A DNA stretch of 42,957 bases, from positions 1 through 42,957 of the forward strand of contig CAMWTX010000001.1 of the NCBI GenBank assembly GCA_947177315.1. The letters run 5' to 3'. The DNA comes from an uncultured Bacteroidales bacterium. Lineage in GTDB: Bacteria; Bacteroidota; Bacteroidia; Bacteroidales; P3. A program made the translations under genes and the position numbers. Below are positions 9,545-18,074 of this stretch, piece by piece. Numbering within the stretch: position 1 is the first letter of the stretch; the number at the start of each line of letters is the position of its first letter. The notes beneath the pieces were generated by a model. The model was not told the DNA's origin. It did no database searches and saw only the letters and a program-made list of their open reading frames with translations.

Positions 9545-9568
9545 TCCTATTTAAAATTCAAAACAAGC

Positions 9569-9592
9569 GAAGTGTTTCACGTGAAACACTTC
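9569..9592. promoter_or_regulatory. parS (ParB-binding centromere-like site), perfect 24-nt palindrome
   Basis: GAAGTGTTTCACGTGAAACACTTC. The 16-nt core TGTTTCACGTGAAACA equals the consensus parS tGTTNCACGTGAAACa. It is intergenic, 25 nt upstream of the mnmG start. Confidence 0.8.
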
Positions 9593-9619
9593 TAAAACCG
9601 ATTGTATTTAAACGGTTTA

Positions 9620-9627
9620 CAAAGATA
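9620..9627 (-). promoter_or_regulatory. candidate -7 box TATCTTTG for mnmG
   Basis: The plus strand reads CAAAGATA, a TAnnTTTG match on the minus strand. It lies between the ybeY stop and parS-1, about 76 nt upstream of the mnmG ATG. Confidence 0.35.
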
Positions 9628-9651
9628 GTCGAAAAAACTTGCTTGCAAAAA

Positions 9652-10131
9652 TCACTTTTTGGAAAAACAAGTCGCCAGCATTTCATCCTCCTTTTCGTGG
9701 ATGGCTTTTTCTTCTTTGGGACTCTTATCCTTGTAACCCGCCAAATGCAACAGGCCATGTATCATAACCCGGTTCAATTCATCGATATTCCGAACCTCAA
9801 ATTTCCGGGCATTCTCCTTAATGCGTTCCACGCTGATATAAATATCTCCCGAAACAGGACGGTACTTGGATGCCGTTTTGCCACCTGTTGCCGAAATCGG
9901 GAACGCATCGCCAGGCAAAGTATAGTCGAAAGTAATCACATCGGTAAAAGTGTCGTGGTTCAGATATTCCCGGTTTACCTTTAAAAGATATTCATCGGAA
10001 CAAAAAATATAGGTGATGCCCGATGAAACGCAACCCAGGCGTTTCAAGACCTTGAGTAAACACGCACGGGTGTCGTTGCGGCGCATGAACCCTACCCGAC
10101 AATCTTGTTCAATAAAGGTAATTTCTTTCAT
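9652..10131 (-). CDS. ybeY: rRNA maturation endoribonuclease YbeY
   Basis: Metal-binding motif HGLLHLAGYKD. I prefer the start at MKEITF (10131). The longer ORF to 10194 would translate through the parS palindrome (the MFHVKH peptide). Confidence 0.9.
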   Translation of the reverse strand: MKEITFIEQDCRVGFMRRNDTRACLLKVLKRLGCVSSGITYIFCSDEYLLKVNREYLNHDTFTDVITFDYTLPGDAFPISATGGKTASKYRPVSGDIYISVERIKENARKFEVRNIDELNRVMIHGLLHLAGYKDKSPKEEKAIHEKEDEMLATCFSKK

Positions 10132-10148
10132 TTTGAATGTTTTATAAA

Positions 10149-10168
10149 GATGTTTCACGTGAAACATC
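10149..10168. promoter_or_regulatory. parS (ParB-binding site), perfect 20-nt palindrome
   Basis: GATGTTTCACGTGAAACATC, with the same 16-nt core TGTTTCACGTGAAACA as the site at 9569-9592. It lies 18 nt upstream of the ybeY start. Confidence 0.8.
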
Positions 10169-10231
10169 GCTGTTGTCATACCTCGTTCCGACATCTTTTA
10201 GGCCTATCCGGACTTCCGATGCCAACTTAGG

Positions 10232-10239
10232 CAAAACTA
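10232..10239 (-). promoter_or_regulatory. candidate -7 box TAGTTTTG for ybeY
   Basis: The plus strand reads CAAAACTA. It overlaps the stop codon of the upstream gene, about 100 nt upstream of the ybeY ATG. Confidence 0.3.
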
Positions 10240-13200
10240 TTTATTCGTGTTTTCAAACAAAAAGTCCTGCACTTTTTTCTTGTAATACGGACGCAGTTCG
10301 GGATAGGAAAAACGGAGTAAATCGTTTCCCTGCATTTTTTTCTTGGCGGCGTTCTCCACACTGTCGCCCATAAAAGGAGCGAACGGATTTCCCGCCTTCG
10401 ACTCCCGCCTGTCGTCGCGTTCACGTTTGAGTTCGGCATTCTCAGCTTCCAGCAAACGGCTCTCGATATTCTTTTGACGCGACATCACACGGTCGTTCAA
10501 AATGCGGTTCACCAAATCGCGTTCGGTTGTTTCCATATCTCCCAAGATACGGTTGTAAAGTCCTGCGGCGCCAGGATTCGTTATTTTATCCTTGCGCATC
10601 TGTTCCTGAAGCATACGCCTTATCATTTCCTGTTTGGCGGCGGCACGCGCAAAAGATTCCGAAACCTTTTCCTCCGAAATCTGTTCACCTTGGGAATTGC
10701 CCGATTCGCCCGGCCTGCTTTCCTTGCCCTGCGGAGCGGTTTGCGGCTGACCCTGCTTCTGCATCTGTTCCAACATCTTTTTCAATTCATCCAACTGACG
10801 GTTCAAATCCTGCTGCATCTGCTGCAAGGACTGCTTGCCTTGCTTCATCATTTGCTGCAGAGACGGAATCGGCATCGAAGAACTTTTTTCGCCCGGTTTA
10901 GGACAGGACATCTGCGGTTTGCCCTTCTGCTTTTTCTTGGAAGAACCGCTGTTTCCCTTCATGTTCATCTGTTGCTCCATCCTGTCTAAAGACTCGGAGA
11001 GCAGCAAGGCCAGGTTGTTCAGCGAAGTCATGGTGTATTGCTGGCGCGCCAGGGCCCGGCTGTTGGCCGTATTATAGTGCGAATAATAGACGTTGTTCAT
11101 TGCCAGCAGCAAATCCAGAGCCTCACGGCTGTAAGACAGCATATCCTTTACCTCCCTGTCGGTAGTCAGAGCCACTTGCGGCTGTCGCCGGGCAATGGCA
11201 TTGACGCTGTCGGCCACAAAACGTATCTCGGTATTCAAGGCCGCCTGGGCGCGGATCTGTTCCGCATAACGCGGATCGTTCAGATGGGTCTTGCCCAAAG
11301 TCTCCATCAATTTTTCCTGCTGCACCGAAATACGCACCGTCGATTTGAGCAAAAGCCGGATAAAATCGGCATCCTCCGCTTGGTTCTCCTCTTCTATCTG
11401 CTGCATCTGCCCTGACAGATTGTCGGCCAACTGCTGCAAATCCTGTTCGGTTTTTTCCTGATCCTGACGCGCCGATTTGTCGTCTTTGCGCTGTAAATCC
11501 TCCTTGGTGTTCTCGATATCCTGACGCGCTTTTTCCAAAAGGGAATCCGGCAACGAAAACGAAGTTTTCTTTTCCAGACCCTCGTTCAAATCCTCCACCT
11601 TTTGGAGATCCTTTTCCAAACGGTTCCTGTCTTTCTGCAAATCTTCCTGCAGCTTCAACGCGCTGTCGGCCGATACATGCCGCATTTTCTCACCGGTTTC
11701 CCGGCTTTTTTCCGAAAGCGCCTGAGCGTCGGAAACGGCTTGCCGTAATTTATTTTCAAATTCTAATTGTTTGTATAAATTTAAATTACGCTCAATATCA
11801 CGGCTCAATAAATCCTTCTGACGCTTCACATCCTCCAAAGCGTCCGTAATCTTTTCGCGGGGAGCGTTCTGCCGCATGAGTTCCTGCAATTCCTGCAGTT
11901 TCTTCATCGTGGCATCGTCAAAAAGCTTGTCCATAAGCTCCTGCAACTGCCGCTGTTTTTCCTGCAATTCCGGGTCGGCCTCTCCCAACTCGCTTTCCAG
12001 ACGCTGTTTCTCCTTGATTTCCTCCGACAGTTCTTTATACGTTTCCCGCAGGCTCTCCTGCTGTTCCATCAACAAATCCACCCGCTTCATGTCCTGCCAC
12101 GAAAGCTGCTTTTTGGAGAGCAGATCCTGTACGAATTCCTGCAGTTCCCGGTCAAAATTCCTTACGGAACGCAACGAAAGCGAAAACTTCTCGTCCACCG
12201 AAGCCGAAGTTCTGCCAACTTCTTCCCTTACTTCCTCCTGCGACATCTTCCGGTAGAAGAACGTTTGGGAATACACGGGCTTGAAAGGATAGAAAGCGTC
12301 GTTGTCGCGCAGCTCGAAACCATAACTGAGCTCATCGCCTGGTTGTGGATTAAATTGATCTATATCAAAATAATAAGTAAATTCCTGACTCAATCCGTAA
12401 GCCCTCAGCGGCAAGGTGTCGTAAAACGTCCATTCGTTGCCGGTGGCCGCATTGGTGCAGGAAAGCTTGAAAAGCAGGGAATGAAAACCATAGTCGTCGC
12501 TGATCATGCCGTGAAAATAACGGCGGTATATCCGGTTGCTGTCGAAAGAAGGCAACACCTCGATGCGCGGATAGGCATCCGGAAAGACCTCGACGGAAAA
12601 AGAGGCGGTATCGGTCTTTATATCTTCAAAAGCCTTGGGTATCAAACAGTAACTGCACGAACTGAAAAACTGCCCGGAAAAAGAGAAAACAGGCGGCTGC
12701 GCCCGGGCTTCCTTTAAGGAAACATCCTCGTTAAGCAGTTCACCCGAAGGTAAAAAGCCGAACAGAAGCTTTTCGGCATGGTCTATCTTCAAATCCCAAT
12801 CCACTTTCGTGCCGGCGGGAACCTGCAGGTTGAGCGAATTTTCCACCACTTCGGGTTTCCGGTTCATATAAGGCGGATAGCGGAGCGTTACCTTCATGCC
12901 TGACATCAAAGGCTTGTAATTGACTTCCAGCACATAAGGAGCGCTCCTATACTTGCCGGCCACCAGATGGAACGCTACCGGTTGCCTCACTTTCCGGAAC
13001 ACATGCGAAAAAGACACCGGCGAATTCCGGCGGCACGGAAACAAACGGCCCTCCGTTTCCACAAACACTTCCGCCGGCAGGATATCGCCCTGAACGTCTA
13101 TGTCAAGCGTAAAATCATCTTCATACGCCACACGCAGACTTTCGTTCCCGATAAGGATCGAAAAAGGAAACTCGCGCTCAAAATAACGGCCGTAACGCAC

Positions 13201-13752
13201 GATTCTTTCCGAAGAACCGATAATCCTCGGATTAACGAAATAAATGGCCGTACCCGTTGCCAAAACCAGCAGGAAAGCCAATATATAGCGTCGGTTCGCC
13301 CTGAACCTGACCGCCTTTTCGAAACGGTACGGCACAAAACGGCGGCTTATCTGTTCGATGGCGGCTTCCAGCAAAGTGTACAAAGCCCCGTTCTCCTGTA
13401 GCTGACGCCTCAAATCGAGCACATTGTACAGTCTGTCGTCCAACTCCGGATAACGCAAAGCCAGGTAGCGCGCCGCCTCTTCGTGGCTCATGCGGGAGAA
13501 CCATCCCCTGCCCTGTCCCCAAGGATAAAGCACCAGCATTCCCAAGCCTGCCGAAAACAATGCGGTGAAAGACCAAAATACTGTTCTGCGTACATTTCCC
13601 GGCAAATAAAAAAGATATTCCAGGAGGCAGAACACAAGAAAGACCGCCAAAGAAGCCGCCAAAAGCACAAAAAAGCCTCTCCATGCCTTGTTGGCATAGT
13701 ACCGGAATATAAAAGCATCCAGTTTGGCTATGAAATCTTCGTATGCGGCCAT
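10237..13752 (-). CDS. large membrane-anchored coiled-coil protein, function unknown
   Basis: 1171 aa. Two or three N-terminal TM helices (FFVLLAASLAVFLVFCLLEYLF, FWSFTALFSAGLGMLVLYPW), a central beta-rich region, then about 500 aa of charged E/K/Q/L heptad-like sequence and a Q-rich low-complexity stretch. It may be DUF4175-like; that is from memory and unverified. Confidence 0.8.
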   Translation of the reverse strand: MAAYEDFIAKLDAFIFRYYANKAWRGFFVLLAASLAVFLVFCLLEYLFYLPGNVRRTVFWSFTALFSAGLGMLVLYPWGQGRGWFSRMSHEEAARYLALRYPELDDRLYNVLDLRRQLQENGALYTLLEAAIEQISRRFVPYRFEKAVRFRANRRYILAFLLVLATGTAIYFVNPRIIGSSERIVRYGRYFEREFPFSILIGNESLRVAYEDDFTLDIDVQGDILPAEVFVETEGRLFPCRRNSPVSFSHVFRKVRQPVAFHLVAGKYRSAPYVLEVNYKPLMSGMKVTLRYPPYMNRKPEVVENSLNLQVPAGTKVDWDLKIDHAEKLLFGFLPSGELLNEDVSLKEARAQPPVFSFSGQFFSSCSYCLIPKAFEDIKTDTASFSVEVFPDAYPRIEVLPSFDSNRIYRRYFHGMISDDYGFHSLLFKLSCTNAATGNEWTFYDTLPLRAYGLSQEFTYYFDIDQFNPQPGDELSYGFELRDNDAFYPFKPVYSQTFFYRKMSQEEVREEVGRTSASVDEKFSLSLRSVRNFDRELQEFVQDLLSKKQLSWQDMKRVDLLMEQQESLRETYKELSEEIKEKQRLESELGEADPELQEKQRQLQELMDKLFDDATMKKLQELQELMRQNAPREKITDALEDVKRQKDLLSRDIERNLNLYKQLEFENKLRQAVSDAQALSEKSRETGEKMRHVSADSALKLQEDLQKDRNRLEKDLQKVEDLNEGLEKKTSFSLPDSLLEKARQDIENTKEDLQRKDDKSARQDQEKTEQDLQQLADNLSGQMQQIEEENQAEDADFIRLLLKSTVRISVQQEKLMETLGKTHLNDPRYAEQIRAQAALNTEIRFVADSVNAIARRQPQVALTTDREVKDMLSYSREALDLLLAMNNVYYSHYNTANSRALARQQYTMTSLNNLALLLSESLDRMEQQMNMKGNSGSSKKKQKGKPQMSCPKPGEKSSSMPIPSLQQMMKQGKQSLQQMQQDLNRQLDELKKMLEQMQKQGQPQTAPQGKESRPGESGNSQGEQISEEKVSESFARAAAKQEMIRRMLQEQMRKDKITNPGAAGLYNRILGDMETTERDLVNRILNDRVMSRQKNIESRLLEAENAELKRERDDRRESKAGNPFAPFMGDSVENAAKKKMQGNDLLRFSYPELRPYYKKKVQDFLFENTNK

Positions 13753-14264
13753 AATCTACGGGCTGTCCGCGCCCTTTTCAAACAAAACGTAAAGATACGC
13801 CTTTGATTCCAAGATTAGGCAACCGGATACCGCTCCATACCTCGAATTCATCCAGTTTTCAACACGCAAATTATTGGTATTCTTAAATTTTTAAAAATTT
13901 AAAAAATAAAAAAGAATAATACCCGTAGTAGTAGGGCTGTTATCGTGGTGGATAAATTTTCCGGCAGAATCTTATCATTTGTTATGCACAGCCGCACCCG
14001 TTTTATCAATACTTACTGAACAACAAAAAAGGCTTTGAACCAATATTTTGATGAATTTACAAACAACTGTTCACAGCTTGATGGAAGCCGTGTTCAACAG
14101 CCCGGAATTTTAACATCCGTTAAGTTAAAAATGTTTAAAACCGTTTGATAAAACCTTGATTCCTGTTCATTTTTCCGCCGCTTTTTATTCTCAACAAGTT
14201 TTCCATAAGATTTTAACCGGATATAAACACTTTTTCAACTCTTCCTTTTTTCCGTACAAAAAAC

Positions 14265-14272
14265 TAACTTTG
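14265..14272 (+). promoter_or_regulatory. Bacteroidetes-type -7 promoter box TAACTTTG for nifJ
   Basis: Exact TAnnTTTG match 41 nt upstream of ATG 14313, at the end of a 560-nt AT-rich intergenic region. Confidence 0.5.
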
Positions 14273-14312
14273 CGGTTTTGTAAGCAAGCAAAAAACAAAA
14301 ACCTTATAAATA

Positions 14313-17300
14313 ATGGCAAAACAAAAGAAATTCATGACCTGTGACGGGAATGAAGCCACGGCTCACGTTGCCTCTATGTTCAGCGAAGTAGCCGCCATTT
14401 ACCCCATCACGCCGTCTTCACCCATGGCCGAACACATCGACGAATGGGCGTCGCAAGGCAGAACCAATATGTTCGGCGAAAAGGTCCGCGTTATCGAAAT
14501 GCAGTCGGAAGCCGGCGCGGCCGGTGCGGTTCACGGCTCTTTGCAGGCCGGTGCGCTCACCACTACCTATACCGCTTCGCAGGGCTTGCTGCTGATGATT
14601 CCCAACATGTACAAGATTGCCGGCGAACTGTTGCCGGGCGTTTTCCATGTTTCCGCCCGTGCCTTGGCTTCGCACGCCTTGTCTATCTTCGGCGACCATC
14701 AGGATATCTACGCCACCCGTCAGACCGGTTTCGCTTTCCTGGCTTCCAGCTCGGTTCAGGAATGTATGGACTTGGCCGGCGTGGCTCACTTGGCGGCCAT
14801 CAAGAGCCGTGTTCCTTTCTGCCATTTCTTCGACGGTTTCCGCACCTCGCACGAAATCCAGAAAATCGAAGCCATCGATATGGAAGACCTCAAGGCTTTG
14901 GTGGATACCGACGCTTTGCAGGCCTACCGCGACCGCGCCCTCAATCCCGAACATCCGGTAACGCGCGGCACGGCGCAGAACCCCGACGTTTATTTCCAGG
15001 CACGCGAAGCCTGCAATCCTTACTATGATGCCGTTCCCGACATCGTGAACGACTACATGCAGAAGATTTCGGCTTTGACGGGCCGCGAATACAAGCCCTT
15101 TACCTATTACGGCGATCCCAATGCCGAATACGTGATTGTGGCGATGGGTTCGATTACCGACACGCTGATCGAAACCATCGACTACCTCGCCGCCCAGGGC
15201 AAGAAGAACATCGGTTTGATTACCGTTCACCTCTTCCGTCCTTTCAGCGCCAAATACCTGCTCAACGTGCTGCCCAAGACCGCCAAGCGTCTGTGTGTGC
15301 TCGACCGCAGCAAGGAACCTGGCGCGGCAGGCGAAGCCCTGTATCTGGATGTGGTGGAAGTGCTGAGCCATCTGGCCAACCGTCCCGAAGTGATCTGCGG
15401 CCGCTACGGTCTGAGCTCCAAAGACACCACGCCCGCCCACATGCTGGCGGTTATCGAAAACGTTCAGTCGGCCAAGCCGATGAACAAATTCACCGTGGGT
15501 ATCGTCGATGACCTCACCCACCTTTCGCTGCCGGTTCTTCCCGAAATCAACACCAGCCCCGAAGGAACCTACGCCTGCAAATTCTACGGCCTGGGCGCCG
15601 ATGGCACGGTGGGTGCCAACAAGAACACCATCAAGATTATCGGCGGAACCACCGACAAATACTGCCAGGCTTACTTCTCCTACGACAGTAAGAAATCGGG
15701 CGGCTTTACCTGCTCGCACCTGCGTTTCGGCGACAAGAAGATCAACTCGCCCTACCTGGTTACCACGCCCGACTTCGTGGCTTGCCATGTGGCCAACTAC
15801 ATCTTCAAATATCCCATGTTGCGCGGCTTGAAGAAAGGCGGCAACTTCCTGCTCAACTCGTGGTGGGATGTGGAAGAAACCAAGAAGCAGCTGCCCAACG
15901 CCATGAAGAAATATCTGGCGGACAACGATATCAATTTCTACATCATCAACGCCACCAAGATTGCCGAAGAAATCGGTCTGGGCAACCGTACCAACACCAT
16001 TCTCCAATCGGCCTTCTTTAAGATTTCGGGTGTGATTCCCTACGAAAAGGCGGTGGATGAAATGAAGAAAGCCATCGTGAAATCGTATGGCAAGAAGGGT
16101 GAGAACATCGTGAACATGAACTTCGCCGCCGTTGACCGCGGTGCGGATTATGTGAAGGTGGAAATCCCCGCCGACTGGAAGAACCTCCAGGACGACGGCA
16201 AGATCGGCAAGCGCGAAGGCGTTCGCCCCGATTTCATCAAGAACATCGTGGATGTGGTGAACGACCAGAAGGGCGACGACCTGCCCGTGAGCGCGTTCAA
16301 GGATATGGCCGACGGCACTTTCCCCGCCGGTTGCGCCAAATACGAAAAACGCGGTATCGCCAGCCACGTTCCGGCCTGGGATTCGAGCAAGTGTATCCAG
16401 TGTAACCAGTGCTCCTATGTGTGTCCTCACGCCGCCATCCGTCCTTTCGTGATGAACGAAAAGGAAACGGCCTCCCTGCCTGCCGGCACGGCCACCATCA
16501 AGGCTATCGGCAAGGAATTCGAAGGCATGCAGTTCCGCGTTCAGGTAAGTGTTCTCGACTGTACGGGCTGCGGCAACTGTGTGGACGTTTGCCCCGCCAA
16601 GGAAAAGGCGCTCGTGATGCGTCCGCTCATGGAACAGGAAAACCAGGCGCCGCTGTGGGATTACATGGTGGACAACATCACCACCAAGGCTCATTTGCTC
16701 GACGTTGCCAAGTCGGTAAAGAACAGCCAGTTCGCACAGCCTCTGTTCGAATTCTCGGGGGCTTGCGCCGGTTGCGGCGAAACGCCTTACATCAAACTCA
16801 TCACCCAGTTGTTCGGAGACCGCATGATGGTGGCCAACGCTACCGGATGCTCGTCTATCTACAGCGGTTCTTTCCCCTCTTCGCCCTACTGCACCAATTC
16901 CTGCGGTTGCGGTCCGGCCTGGGCCAACTCGCTCTTTGAAGACAACGCCGAATTCGGCCTCGGTATGGCTACGGCGGTGCGCCAGATGCGCGATCGTCTG
17001 CAGATGTATATGAACCAGGCTTTGGAAGACGCCAAATGCCCCGAAAACATCAAGGAACTGTTCCGTTTCTGGATCGAAAACCGCGAAGACGCCGAAAAGA
17101 CCAAGGAAGTTACGCCCAAAATCCGCGAAGCGCTCAAGGGCACGCAATGCCCCGTCTGCAAGAACATCTTGGATATGAGCCAATACCTCATCAAGCGTTC
17201 GCAATGGATCTTCGGCGGTGACGGCTGGGCTTACGATATCGGTTACGGCGGTCTGGACCACGTGCTGGCATCGGGCGAAAACGTAAACGTGCTGGTGCTC

Positions 17301-17867
17301 GATACCGAAGTCTATTCCAACACCGGCGGCCAGGCTTCCAAATCCACGCCCGTGGGCGCCATCGCGCAGTTTGCCGCCAGCGGCAAGCGCATCCGCAAGA
17401 AAGACCTCGGCGCCATCGCCATGACCTACGGCTACGTGTATGTGGCTCAGGTGGCTATGGGTGCCAACCAGGCGCAATACCTCAAGGCTTTGCGTGAAGC
17501 CGAAGCGCATCAGGGCCCGTCTTTGATCATCGCCTACGCGCCTTGTATCAACCACGGTCTGAAAGCCGGCATGGGTCACAGCCAGATGGAAGAAAAACTG
17601 GCGGTGGAATGCGGTTACTGGCACCTGTGGCGTTACAACCCCGCCTTGGCGGACGCAGGCGAAAACCCGTTCCAGCTCGACAGCAAGGAACCGGATTGGA
17701 GCAAGTTCAAAGACTTCATCAACGGCGAAGTTCGTTTCAACTCCTTGAAGAAACTCTTCCCCGCCGAAGCCGACCAGCTGTTCCAGGCCTGTCAGGACAA
17801 CGCCCAGTGGCGTTACAACCAGTACAAGCGCTTTGCCGTGGAAGACTGGACGAATGCCAAGAAATAG
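14313..17867 (+). CDS. nifJ: pyruvate:ferredoxin (flavodoxin) oxidoreductase
   Basis: 1184 aa single-chain PFOR. N-terminal MTCDGNEATAHVASMFSEVAAIYPITPSSPMAE. Two ferredoxin-type clusters, CIQCNQCSYVCPHAAIRP and CTGCGNCVDVCPAKE. TPP-binding GGDGWAYDIGYGGLDH. Confidence 0.97.
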   Translation: MAKQKKFMTCDGNEATAHVASMFSEVAAIYPITPSSPMAEHIDEWASQGRTNMFGEKVRVIEMQSEAGAAGAVHGSLQAGALTTTYTASQGLLLMIPNMYKIAGELLPGVFHVSARALASHALSIFGDHQDIYATRQTGFAFLASSSVQECMDLAGVAHLAAIKSRVPFCHFFDGFRTSHEIQKIEAIDMEDLKALVDTDALQAYRDRALNPEHPVTRGTAQNPDVYFQAREACNPYYDAVPDIVNDYMQKISALTGREYKPFTYYGDPNAEYVIVAMGSITDTLIETIDYLAAQGKKNIGLITVHLFRPFSAKYLLNVLPKTAKRLCVLDRSKEPGAAGEALYLDVVEVLSHLANRPEVICGRYGLSSKDTTPAHMLAVIENVQSAKPMNKFTVGIVDDLTHLSLPVLPEINTSPEGTYACKFYGLGADGTVGANKNTIKIIGGTTDKYCQAYFSYDSKKSGGFTCSHLRFGDKKINSPYLVTTPDFVACHVANYIFKYPMLRGLKKGGNFLLNSWWDVEETKKQLPNAMKKYLADNDINFYIINATKIAEEIGLGNRTNTILQSAFFKISGVIPYEKAVDEMKKAIVKSYGKKGENIVNMNFAAVDRGADYVKVEIPADWKNLQDDGKIGKREGVRPDFIKNIVDVVNDQKGDDLPVSAFKDMADGTFPAGCAKYEKRGIASHVPAWDSSKCIQCNQCSYVCPHAAIRPFVMNEKETASLPAGTATIKAIGKEFEGMQFRVQVSVLDCTGCGNCVDVCPAKEKALVMRPLMEQENQAPLWDYMVDNITTKAHLLDVAKSVKNSQFAQPLFEFSGACAGCGETPYIKLITQLFGDRMMVANATGCSSIYSGSFPSSPYCTNSCGCGPAWANSLFEDNAEFGLGMATAVRQMRDRLQMYMNQALEDAKCPENIKELFRFWIENREDAEKTKEVTPKIREALKGTQCPVCKNILDMSQYLIKRSQWIFGGDGWAYDIGYGGLDHVLASGENVNVLVLDTEVYSNTGGQASKSTPVGAIAQFAASGKRIRKKDLGAIAMTYGYVYVAQVAMGANQAQYLKALREAEAHQGPSLIIAYAPCINHGLKAGMGHSQMEEKLAVECGYWHLWRYNPALADAGENPFQLDSKEPDWSKFKDFINGEVRFNSLKKLFPAEADQLFQACQDNAQWRYNQYKRFAVEDWTNAKK

Positions 17868-17903
17868 CATGACCTCCCGCCGGTTCTCCGGCGATAAGGA
17901 AAA

Positions 17904-17929
17904 GGCGATCCCTCGGGGTCGCCTTTTTT
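17904..17929 (+). terminator. rho-independent terminator after nifJ
   Basis: GGCGATCC / GGGGTCGC(C) forms an 8-bp stem including one G-U pair, with a 4-nt loop, followed by T6. Confidence 0.7.
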
Positions 17930-17961
17930 GTTCCTGCATAAATCTATTTCAATTAATATCT

Positions 17962-17969
17962 TATATTTG
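17962..17969 (+). promoter_or_regulatory. candidate -7 box TATATTTG
   Basis: TAnnTTTG match 106 nt upstream of ATG 18075. Confidence 0.35.
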
Positions 17970-18074
17970 CCGAATGCATATTTGCAAAATGCAAGACCAT
18001 ACCCTGCCGGAAAACGGCATGGAAGGTTTTGCTAACAATAAGTAAACCAACCAACAACCAATAAACTTTATCCA

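Noticed and set aside
9569-10168. Interpreting the CACGTG-centred palindromes as DnaA boxes/oriC, as terminator hairpins, or as coding sequence (the MFHVKH extension of ybeY).
   Set aside because: The match to the DnaA box TTWTNCACA is only partial (7 of 9), and there is no AT-rich unwinding element or box cluster. There is no T-run typical of terminators directly after either site. The exact 16 of 16 match to consensus parS is the far better explanation.
14418-17939. A 1173-aa antisense ORF spanning all of nifJ. There are similar long shadow ORFs at 19995-22109, 32687-34174, 34924-37338, 38509-40011, 40028-41383 and 41643-42374.
   Set aside because: The sense-strand products carry unmistakable family motifs (PFOR Fe-S/TPP blocks, T9SS CTDs, M20, Der P-loops). 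The antisense translations are G/V/R/H/A-rich low-complexity sequence with no signal or motif. Stop-free antisense frames are an expected by-product of codon bias in GC-rich coding sequence.
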